The notes under the pieces are model-generated. The model did not search any database, was not told the origin of the DNA, and saw only the letters and a list, made by a program, of their open reading frames with translations. A stretch of DNA of 64,000 bases from Microthyrium microscopicum (taxonomy: Eukaryota), in NCBI GenBank assembly GCA_010405405.1, contig MU004236.1, positions 2,300,070-2,364,069 of the forward strand, given 5' to 3'. The translations under genes and the position numbers were made by a program. This document shows positions 14,035-25,036 of this stretch, one piece after another. Positions within the stretch are counted from its first letter, which is position 1. The number at the start of each line of letters is the position of its first letter.

Positions 14035-17000
14035 GATCCAACTAATGTTGGATGGGAGAAAAGACAGCGAATGACTAGGTATAGACACAAGCCGAGTAAC
14101 TGATGTGATTGATAGGCGATTGGCGATAGCCCAAGGGGAGTAAGGAAAGCAGTTGGGAGTACTGTGGTAAACTCGAGGTAATCTAGCCAGGTGGATATTG
14201 ATTGAGGGTAGGCGCTACCTACAACTGCAAGTGCGATAGAGCAATGCAATGCTGCTGCAAAGGGAAGGAGCGGGCCTGAGCGAGGAAGGTTCGAGGGCGG
14301 TTGTAGGTGGATTGATGCAGCAAGTGCTCGTCGCTGAATTGGGAAGGCGGCAGTTTCGTGACACAGTACTTGGAGAGAAGAGATCGATCGCAATCGAGTT
14401 GTGTACAGCGCTGATGAGGACTCGATGTTGATGATTAGCTATTAATTCAAAGCAGCGGATGCAGGTGGTCGCGGTGGAATTGGATGGGGTGGTGGAAAAG
14501 GAGTTGATGAATGGCGATGGGCTGCGGTAAAGTAACAACAGACAGTAACAGTCGCAGCAACCAGATTAAACCCCCAGCAGCGCGAGCCCAGCAGCAAGCA
14601 ACGCAGGCAAGGAAGAGAGAAGAGCGTCGAGGAGGGAGTGGATTATTGGAAGAGAAGGAAAGGTGGTGAGCCGCGAGCGACAGGTCTTGCTTGGTGAGTT
14701 GGCCCTGGCCTGGCTGGCGAGCTGGCTTCCGGTTGTTGTTCCTGCCTGAGCACTTGAATCTACGCCCCGTTTTTTCACCAGACTCGTCCGCTGCCACTAA
14801 GAAACGCCAGCTTTACGCACACGCCTTTCTCTATCAATTGACGTTTACCAGCAACTTGCAAGGAGCTGCTATACTGGCCAAGCAAGTAAATAAGCATTTC
14901 TACGATATTCCGTATGTGAAGCTACTTAAACCAAGTTATGGTCGCTGCCTGATAAGCAACAACAATTCATATCCAAAGAATTTCTTCAAACTACTTCTAC
15001 TTGATACTGCTGTTTTGACACTACGAACCGTCAATTTGATAAGCCGTCGCTTAGACCATCATTATACACCACCAACCTAACTTACTCAAGCACTCGAAGC
15101 GCCAATAATCATGGCAGCATTATCCCGGATTCCCTTCACAGATTTCAATTTCCCCAGACACGGCTCACTGTTACCTAGTTATCCCTTTACTCAAATAAAC
15201 CACGAGATCCAGGAAGAAATGGTTTGTGAAATTTGGGCGGATACTCCAATCGGACGCGTCAAGAATCAAGATTGCCCTCCTCGCTCGTGGATTCCACGAA
15301 TCTGTAGCAGAAGAAAACGTGCCAGATCCATCCATTGATCCCGCCAACCACATGTACACCTTCTGATTCTTCTCCGTGGTTGCCCATGTTGCCCTCTACC
15401 ACATTGGTCTTTCCAGACTCCAGAAGGAACCAAAATAACTATCATCTTCCAAGGATTCACTTGTAGTTGCCTCTTCGATATCATTTGTTGCCCATTTTTC
15501 GAGCAGCTGTTTGGTCAGATTCAGTCATCGCGCCGTTCTCGGGCCTGAATCCGTTTCAGAGATACTGCTCCATTTAGAGTTTCGGCAGGTCCAGGGAGTT
15601 CATGGTGGGTATAAGAGAAGCTGATATAAGGTATAAGCGTCCAATTGTCTCTTGCCGACTGCACCGCTAAGCTCCATAAGGATCACTTCACCGCCCATCT
15701 AAAACTCTTTTTCGACTTCCTTCCTGTAGACATGTTGTTCTGTAACCTTTTTAATATTTCGGCATGTGCCCGTACCTGCATTGACTGCAAGGAAAGATGA
15801 AGCCACAAGGTCGTACTGCCTCACCTCTGTACCTTCGTTGTACTGCTCCTTGGCTTAGTTGGAAGATCATATCTCCCTCTCACTTTGTTCATGAGGCTCA
15901 GCCCGCAATGTTTAATCTAATCGCGTCCAGCATATCCCCGCCCAAAGCGTGTCGCGACGCGCTCAACTTTGTATATCACGCAACTTCCATCGTCGGATGC
16001 CGTGTCGTCCGGGAGCGAATGCGCTTTTTTTGCCTCTGGATTCATTTGCAGAAAAAGCGCAAATTCTCACACCATAATCAACTCTACCGCCATCAACCCA
16101 GCAATACACGAATTATTTGGTTGGCACGCCTCGAGCCAACTTTCGAGTTCACCAACACCCCTGGGTACGAGACCAGGAACAACGCAAGGGCTCAAGGGTT
16201 CTCCAAGGCTCTCCTTTGCTTCCCGTCGCCAGGCCTGGTAATTTATCCTGGTGCTGACATGGACGAGCCTGGAAGTTTGCTGAGCTGGCCATGAGTCTAT
16301 CTCCCGCCAGCAGACAGCTTTGGGAGAGCGCGTCATTAAATAAAATAAAAAAGGTAAACAATGACGATAGGCATGCTCGTTGGGTATCAGTCGCGATTTT
16401 GCCGCCCAAATAAGATTTAGATTCAAATTATCAAGATCAAGTTGGTACTGGTACCGAGTCTTTCGCTCATCGAAAATCTCCGCGACTCGCTTGTTCGGCT
16501 CTGTCGAAACCACCGATATCTTGAGTCCGGGGTTTCAATACCAACGACAGACAGCTTGTGAAACACAGCCGGGATCACCACCAGGCTCAACTTCAACAAT
16601 CTCCTCGTTCTTCCCCCACAGAAAGATAGTTCGCTCAATAAGTGATGCGATCGGAATGCAGCAACTCAACTTTTCTCGCTCGTGTTGCACGACCGCAATG
16701 CCAATGACCTGCGGAAGTAACCAAACGCTACCCTATATAAAGGGCGGGAGAACCTGGCTCCCGAGTGTTACGTCCAGTCTAGTTACTCACCGCATACCTG
16801 CACCCCAGCTTTCGAGACGCTTTAGGCGGTGTTGGCAATTCCTCAAGTGTCCCGTACAAGATCCCGCACAGCGTCCGATTGGCGTCGGGAAGATGCATGC
16901 CATTATTTCTGCAGGCTCAGGTGCCATAATACTTGCAGCTTCTTCATGGCCATACTTGAACAAAAGAAAGTCTCGGTACGAATGAATTCCTCCTGAGTTT

Positions 17001-17073
17001 TTGAGAGAGATGGAGTTATTTGTGAAACAGTACATACGATCTAAGCATGAGCTAACATCTTGAATCATGACTA

Positions 17074-17317
17074 CCGTAATTGTACGTCGAATCCCCCCCC
17101 CAGGCTAGTGACTCAGCAAGGGGGCAAATGGGGCTGTTCAGACTTTCGGAAACGGAAAAACATAGGCAAAAGGGACATCTGGCTCATGAATTGCCCATGA
17201 ACAGGATCCACATTTGTACGGATGAGGCGTACTTTTTGGGGCGGAGCCCATCAAATTTTGCGACGCCACCACCGGTTCAGGTTTAGCCTGGGGGGGGGAT
17301 TCGACGTACAAAAACGG
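17074..17317. mobile_element. 244-bp MITE with ~34-bp terminal inverted repeats and a TA target duplication (Tc1/mariner superfamily type)
   Basis: Left TA|ccgtaattgtacgtcgaatcccccccccaggcta; right tagcctgggggggggattcgacgtacaaaaacgg|TA; 2 mismatches; no transposase ORF. Confidence 0.85.
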
Positions 17318-17660
17318 TAACTCATGGCGAGCACGCTGCGCTACGCATTTGGTGCCTGAATTGGTGCGTAGACTAAGATATAGTCAACCATTGAATCGGA
17401 GCTATAAAGTTGAGCCACACATAGATCAGCTTAGTGAAAGTAAACACCAGATGTGCTAGCCGCAAGCTATCGTGTCCTTTTTGGCCTTCAGTGTAATCAT
17501 ACCTCAGACTTCATTTGCAAAGTAAAAATCTTAAAATAACGAATATTGAACTATCTATTACAGTCCACGGACAATTATCAACAAATTATGAATTCACATT
17601 ATCATTTACGCAGTAGCTGCAGTCCCTTATATCTCTGAAGCATTCAAAAAGCACGGCTCC

Positions 17661-19685
17661 CTAGCCCATCTTAGACGGATTTGGGCTCCCATCATCAGAG
17701 CCATGCAGCTTCTCCGCGTTGTCAAATCGTTTTGAATCAGGATCATGTCGCTGGACGTTGTGGCCGCCAGTCGCATCTTCAAAGTCATGATCTGCTCCAG
17801 ACTCAAGCTTGCGACCAAGATACTCAGGTCCGGCGAAGGTGACCAGAAGGGTATATGCGTACACACAGCCCATAAAGATACAGATGACGAGGCCGTAGTT
17901 GTAGCGCGCCACTCCCTTGACTGGGGGAAGTGGGAAACGCTCGCCAATGGTGGCCTCAATGGTGGATGATGCTGAGGACACGAGATTTCCGCTGGAAAAT
18001 GATATTAGCAGTTGGAATCGTCGAGCAGATAGAAATCTCTGGGCTTACAGCTGATATGCAGTTCCGACTACGAAGCTTCGAAGAGAGCCAGGCGCCATTT
18101 CTGTAAGACTAATGCGTGTCAGTTGTGTTGCCTCACGAGCATAATCTCAAGACTTACTGAATGGGAATGACACCCCATGCACCTTGAACCATTGCCTGTT
18201 CGAAAAACGCAGCGGCCATGATGCCGGTGTTGGAGACGAAGGTGTATGGGTATAACAAAGCGCCTCCAACGACGCAGCAGACCATGATCGAGAAGCGTCG
18301 GCCGAATATGCCTGATGCCCAGCCTATGACGGTGCCTCCAAACATAGCTCCCAAGTTTGCAACAACTGGAATATGATTAGTACATGAAGACGTTTTGCCA
18401 GCTTTGTTGAGAACTTACCCTGGGTTACAGTAACCTCGTTCGCTGAGAACTGATATTGGTTCTGCAGCCTTGAACATATCAGTATGAACGCACAATATCT
18501 CGCATGAACCAGCGACTTACATGGTTGGATACAAATCCTGACTACCATGCGACATAAAGTTGAACCCAGCCATAAGAAGAACCATATACGTCAAGAGAAG
18601 CCAGTGACGACGAACAGCCACTTTGCCCTCGGCTAAGAAGGTCGATGTAGCATTTGGCTGAGCTTCTCGGACTAGCCTACGATCCAGGAATGACTGTGTC
18701 TCTGGAAGGAAGAGTCTGAAGATAATGACAAGTGTTGGTAGCGTAGCGGCGAACCAGTCTGGGAATATTAATACACATTCAAACAGCACCCTTTGATAAC
18801 AGCGAATACTCACACAATGGTCTCCATCCATGAGAAGTAGTATTAACAAGAGCACGTGCGAAGACAGTTGCAAGAAGGTAGCCGAAAGCATAACCTTGTT
18901 GGAACAGGCCTGATATAATACCTCGCGCCTCCTATACCAGTATCAATATCACGATGATGTATCACTGAGCATATCTTTGGCCTGGCTTACCACTGGGCAA
19001 TCTTCCAATGCAGTTGCAGCAGCATTGCCATATATTCCACCCATGGCAATACCGAACAAAGCTCGCACTCCTAGAAATTGTTTGTATGTCTGGCAGAAAC
19101 CAGTTCCGAGTTCAAGGACCACGAACAGAACGTTGTTGATGATGAAGGGCCACTTGCGACCATATCGGTCGCCGGCAATACTGCATGATACTCAGCAAAT
19201 ATCCAGATTTTGATCCTTCTGTGATAACATACCCAAAAATAATTGCGCCAACAGATCGCAGCATGAGCACCTGCAACAATTAACGTTCGGTTCTTTGTAA
19301 GGGTGAAAATACCCACTAAAGTAATACCCCATGTGATGTCACTGTTCTTCTTTCCGAAGTCTTCAGCCAAATCTGAAACTGTCTATATCCGTCATTAGTA
19401 TTCGCGAATGCGCCATGGCTAAACAAGACTCACAAGAGAGACAGTGAAGAAATCCAGTGCATCTAGTGTCCAAGCGAAAAAGGCAACCCAGAAGAACATC
19501 CATTGGCGAAAGTTAAGCAATCTCAGCGCACTGATCGGATTTGGCGCCTTGTGCATCGGAGGTTTGAGAGTCGTAACTCGCCTCTTAATGTATTCTCCAA
19601 TTCCATACTTTCTGTTTGGGTCATCACCAGAGATGACGACTTCCGTACCGCGAGGCTCCTCAATTGGAAATCTTGCGTCCGCCAT
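17661..19685 (-). CDS. JEN1: Jen1-type MFS carboxylate/H+ symporter; about 9 introns
   Basis: TLKPPMHKAPNPISALRLLNFRQWMFFWVAFFAWTLDALDFFTVSL, DITWGITLVLMLRSVGA, DRYGRKWPF, the Jen signature NFMSHGSQDLYPT, and GAWGVIPIHL. Confidence 0.92.
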
Positions 19686-20555
19686 GGCTTTTGGTTTTCG
19701 AGTGTAAGCAGTCGGCGATCTCGGTGAGATTCAATGCGGAGGATGTCCGCGAGTATTTAAAGGGCTGGTGAGTGTTGAACAATGGGGTGGAACCGATGAT
19801 CTGCACTACGATGTGCTCACTGCTCCATATGCCAATACGCAACCAGATTTGATCAAAAATGAAGAGCCAGTCCTATGTATATGTGCGCTGCTCGCTGGAA
19901 TGAAGCCTTTTGTCGACCAAAAAAGATTGACCACGGTGTGTATCCAAGCTTCTGGGATGGATTTTGGGATTCATTTATGTACTCACTCCCGAGAATCCAT
20001 TTTTTGCAGGGTCATCTGCATCTTTGCCCCAGAAAGGCGATCACGGTTAACCAAGGATTTCTCTTTCATCATCATCAGCCGTTGAGACGTGTGGACACAC
20101 TCGCTTAGCTCTAACCAGCTGTATCGTACATGTCAATGGTTGGGTCATTTGCGGGGTCGATCGAGAAGGCGTTGCCCAAATGATGCATGATCATCGTTTT
20201 GTGTAGCAGCGCATTGAGCCAATGATCATAGATTCTGGAAGGTCGGATAGTGTCTTTAGTGCTGTCAATTGAAATCCTACATAATTTGCTGTGTAGGTCA
20301 AGAATCTATTACAAGTCTAAATCCGTCTGCTCAATCCATCTCTAGGATTCAATTTGTTTAGCTGTTCTCACTTGTATCGCAATCTATTCACAATCGGCTA
20401 TCAAAATGCGGATCTGCTGGGCTCAGGGAACAAGACGTTGTATTCAATCTATTGCTGAAGAAATGGTCGAGAACATTGAAACAAGGTATCTACCTGTATC
20501 TACGGATGGTGGTGTATAACAACGATAAAAACTGAAACGATATCAACTGCTCCCT

Positions 20556-21239
20556 TCAGTTGGCTACAACCACTGCACTTCTGACAAATAGCCCTTCGAT
20601 CGCAACCTTAACTAAAAAGCTCGCGACACTGGCGACACTGACGCTATCACCCAGACCCATACCTTCTCCATTACTGCCGAGCGTTCTCACATCTTTCTTC
20701 GTATCGGTAGGTTTCTCATCGTCAAATTTCAACATCACAGCCCTCACCAAGGTCCAGTCCATCTTCGTCAGCCTAATCTCATTGTCCAGTATGCCATGGT
20801 CCTGAAGCGCGTACTTGATGTTCGTCAATCTCATGAATCCCTTGCTCAATAGTGGCAATTGGCCCCATGAATCGCCAACGCCTGCTGTTGACATCACGAC
20901 GATACGCTTCAAGCCGGCTTGCTCCAGCACCCCACAAACTGTGGCGCACGAGTCGGCTAGGAACCGAGGAGGTGAGACTTGAGCTGCGAATGGGCTGTCG
21001 GACTTGCGGACGGTGTTCAAGGTGAAGATTGTTGCCGAGGGCGATGAGGGTGAGGCGTCGAGAGCGCTTTGGATGTCCGAATTTGATAGCGGCGAGCCGG
21101 TGACAATGGTAAGGCCAGCACGAGGAGCAAGGCTGCTCGATGTTCGTACGAGGGCTGTTGCTGTGTGGCCTTGGGAGAGTAGTTGGGAGACGACATGCTG
21201 GCCGGTTCGCCCACTGGCGCCGAGAAGGAAGAAATGCAT
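20556..21239 (-). CDS. NAD(P)H-binding atypical SDR (flavin reductase/biliverdin reductase B-like), intronless
   Basis: N-terminal LLGASGRTG Rossmann motif, RIVVMSTAGVGDS and MDWTLVRA; 227 aa. Confidence 0.85.
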   Translation of the reverse strand: MHFFLLGASGRTGQHVVSQLLSQGHTATALVRTSSSLAPRAGLTIVTGSPLSNSDIQSALDASPSSPSATIFTLNTVRKSDSPFAAQVSPPRFLADSCATVCGVLEQAGLKRIVVMSTAGVGDSWGQLPLLSKGFMRLTNIKYALQDHGILDNEIRLTKMDWTLVRAVMLKFDDEKPTDTKKDVRTLGSNGEGMGLGDSVSVASVASFLVKVAIEGLFVRSAVVVAN

Positions 21240-21470
21240 GATTGTTGGAAGGGATGATGATGGTAGGTGGTGGTATGCTCTCGCGAGTGAGGATATGAAG
21301 AGGCTGCTTTACTTCAAGACGAAGGATACCTTATCCTTAAATAGTCCTCCACCTCCTCAGAGAAGAGTCTTGTTCGGAACGGTTGAAAGGCCGAATCAAA
21401 TGGCGATTCGCTGTTCGCTTTTCATTCCGCATTTGGACGTTGCATGAAATACGCCACTTTCTTATAAATA

Positions 21471-22855
21471 TCAATGGACAGCGGATTGTTCTGCTGGACT
21501 ACTGCTAGTCCCACTGCAAGTCTGATAAGCTCTAACTCTATCACTTATTTCGTCGGCTAGAGCCTGCAATTGATCATTCTCGGTCTGTAGCTTGGCGTAG
21601 AGATCCGCGGAGAAGTTTAGTGCTGTTGAGAGGACGATTCTCAGTATTAACTGGAAGAGGCGCAGGAAACACACTGATATAAGCTCAGGGCCGGGTAGTC
21701 CAATCTCCTTTTGACTGAGCTCAAGGTCATCAAACCACGATTCTAAGGAGTTCAGCAAAATAGTTTTTTCAGATACCAGTTGATTCGCGATGTCTTCCGT
21801 TTTCACTTGAGAAACTCTGTCGAGCAATCCAAGTGTCGAGTAGGCAATCCTCGTAAGCTCTGTTCGCATGTTTGGCACAAGCTTGCGAAGATCTCGAAAT
21901 TCGATTGACCTCTCCTGAGACGGAATTGGACAAGCAGACATTGTGGCTCCAGCTACGTCTCCAGTCTCTGGAGCATCCGCAAATTTGCAAGGTGCAGCAA
22001 ACAATTTGATGACGAATGCGTCCAATAAAGGCAACTGAGCCGGGTTTGCTGGCTCTAATCTACCGCTTTCTTCAAAACCTGGCCTTGCGCGGTACTCGTG
22101 CATGATTCTGAGTCCTCGAATAATATGCTGAGCCATAGCAGCATAGTTCTTTCGCACTTGTTCAATGCTAATGAGAACCTGGCAGCAAAGTAGTGCAGAC
22201 TTCAACGCGTCAGAATTTGGAGATGACAAGTTCGACGCGAGACCAGTCAATGCCTTGCTATATTGCTCAAGCCCATGTTGTTGACTTGGTGTTGGCTGCG
22301 CGACAGACGCTGGGCCATCTCCAGATGCCTCGAGGTCTGCGCGAAGTGTTCTAAGGGACAGTACTGCATGTCGTATAGGTGGATCAGTCATGCTGGCTTG
22401 AAGTATTTGTCTCGCTTCATCATCGCAGTTCAGTTTTACGTCAAATAACGTTTTGGTCGAGAAGCAACGATTGAGATTGTCAACGTCCTGAAGCGTGATC
22501 TCAACAACAGATCGCCAAATGGGCTGTATTCCAACGTCTGGTTTGGTGCTACCAGAATTGACCTTGCTTATGGTTTGACCGGTGAAGAATCGAAACGGAG
22601 ACTCATAGCCGTCACAAGTGCGACCTGTCTTAACACATTTTTGACAAAACGGTCTCTTCTCGTCGCATTTAATCTTCCTTACCCTGTTCCTGATTAAGAT
22701 CAATCGTTGGGGAGCTGGGCAGACTAGATCCACAGTAGACTGGTGGTACATGAGCCCAGGGTAGATTTGACTGACCTGCAAGTTGCACAACCAGTCTTTA
22801 CCTTGGTTCTACTTTTGACTATCGGCTTCTCGGCGACTACACTTTCGACTATCAT
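21471..22855 (-). CDS. Zn(II)2Cys6 transcription factor
   Basis: Exon 1 MIVESVVAEKPIVKSRTKVKTGCATCR splices to VRKIKCDEKRPFCQKCVKTGRTCDGY, giving a complete six-Cys cluster. Confidence 0.9.
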
Positions 22856-23326
22856 CCTGCAAGGAACGGGACAACCACGCCTCGCCGCGCAGTGTCCTTC
22901 AAACCAAAGAGAGGGATGATAGTAAGCAAGAAGTCCGAGCAGGCGAATGAAAGAAGCAGTCTTGTTATCGTAAAGTTCGAGTTGGCGAGGAGAATCATGT
23001 TGATAATGTAGTTAAAGTTAGGAGAAGGCGTTGGCGCTAGCCCTGATTAGGTCAAAAGTGCGCTTCGACCAATCAGCAACATCCACCAAGTTCGTAGCAT
23101 TGAATTGTGCACGAGTTGAGTTCATCAGATCCTCCCTTCGGCATCTTCCCCTTATTGTAGACACCGAATCGACGGCTCCGAGAAGGAGCTAGACCAACTT
23201 GCCTCAATATGTGTTCAGCTTATATATCGAGTGGCTGGCCTGGCGATTCTCGAAATGATGCAATAGGACATGTCAAAGCTCTTAAGCAGCTCTAAACTCG
23301 CGTCGAAATTAGTATCTAGCTCGAAA

Positions 23327-24050
23327 ATGCCAGCTTTCACTCTATACGGGGCTCGTGGTTCGACTAATACCGACCGTGTCCGCTTAACTCTTGCTGAGGG
23401 TGGCTTTACGGATTATGAACTCGTGCTTCTCAACCTCCAAAAGGGGGAGCAAAAGGTGAGGGACAGACTTCCATCATTAAAAGCCATGAAAGCTAACCAC
23501 GCGATACCAGTCCCCAGAACACTTCAAACGACACCCATGGGGCAAAATACCCGCCATAACCACCACCGATGGCTTCACGCTGTATGAGTCTCGCGCAATT
23601 TGCAAGTACCTCGCGAAAAAGTACTCCTTCCCGCTTCTACCACCCGATTCCAACGTCGAAGCTACAGCGCAATTCGATCAGGCACAGTGCGCGGAAACAC
23701 TGTACTTTGCGGACCCTGCTGGCAAAATCGCATTTGAGAAATTTGCCAGAAGGTTCATGGGACTGCCTGCTGATGAAGCCGTGGTATCAAGCGCACTGAA
23801 GTCGGTCGAGGCGTTTTTTGATGTTGCAGAGGGTCTCTTGAAGGACAAAGAGTATATGGCTGGGAATGAGTTCACTCTTGTGGACATCTACTACATTCCG
23901 CTCATCCAGAGACTCTTTGCTTGCGGGTATGGAGATGTCATCAGCAGCCGCAAAGCTGTGAGTGAGTGGTGGTATCGTTGTATGAACCGGCCAGCTATTC
24001 AGAGCTTGTTGAAGGCTGACAAGGAGGCTATGGCTGCGGCCAGCAGATAG
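23327..24050 (+). CDS. Glutathione S-transferase, phi-class-like; 1 intron
   Basis: Spliced: LYGARGSTNTDRVRL...KGEQK/SPEHFKRHPWGKIPAI...LYESRAICKYL...YMAGNEFTLVDIYYIP. Confidence 0.9.
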
Positions 24051-25036
24051 CTCAACCTTGGACACTAGTTCATGTATGACAGCTACCAAATAGTTGAAAT
24101 GCTATGATGGCCTGGAGCTGAAGTCTCCGAAGTCTCCCTCGAGATATGGCCCGCAGTGTGCGGTCACATGGCATGATCGTTACTGTAATAAAGGTGAACT
24201 TGGAGATCGAGAGTAATGAGTCTTTACTGTATGCTTCTCTGAATGCCATAGAGTCATACTCAACATTTTTATGTCTCGCTGACGAGTATGGGAAGTGAAC
24301 GCACTGCCACTAATCCCATTCTACTTACCTTCTTGCCTCCCTCACTCAGTATCGAAGAACCTGTACCAAGGAATGCGCCAGAACAGACTATCAGCAGGAC
24401 TCATTTGCTTATAAAGAGTCACCAACAAAATGAGAGGCATTGGACGAGTCATATTTAGGCATTAGACTACCAAATGAGGCAAATGGCACGGACCACGTGT
24501 ATGATAGAAATTCAGCCTTGTCGAGTTCTGACTGTTCTGCCGCAAAAAGATGGAGTGTAAGTGCACTGTGGTTGGAAAGCATGAAACAACATTGAACACC
24601 GAGGTCTTGTTGGTCCTGGTTATGCAGTTACCTGTATGGCAGTAACGAAGCAATGAGCTTGATGGTTCCTTCCTGGTTCCCTTCTTTGCCCCGCCCCGTT
24701 GCTGCCCATTTGAGCGAGGCGCCAGAAACTCCGGCCCACAGACTGACCTGGCTCGGATTGAAATTTTGCCCCACCACACTCTCACCCACCCACTCAACCC
24801 GGCTTCATTTATATTTCTCCCACCCTCCTCTCTCGCTCCTTCGCACCGCTTTGCTTCGTCAAACAACTCGGTTTGCGATTATTCACTAAACCTCCTTTGA
24901 GAGTATAGAGTCGTCTTCCCACGCCTCTTTGCTTCCATCCTCTCGGTCTATAACTGCCACTCAAGGCGGGGTATCCAAGCCCAACGTTTTCCCAACAACA
25001 CATCAACCAGAAAAAAATCCACCGTGAACCGCCAAG

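Noticed and set aside
14800..17070. Several 75-200 aa ORFs between the kinase and the MITE
   Set aside because: They overlap on both strands with no recognisable domain or consistent splice model; a degraded or orphan gene cannot be excluded.
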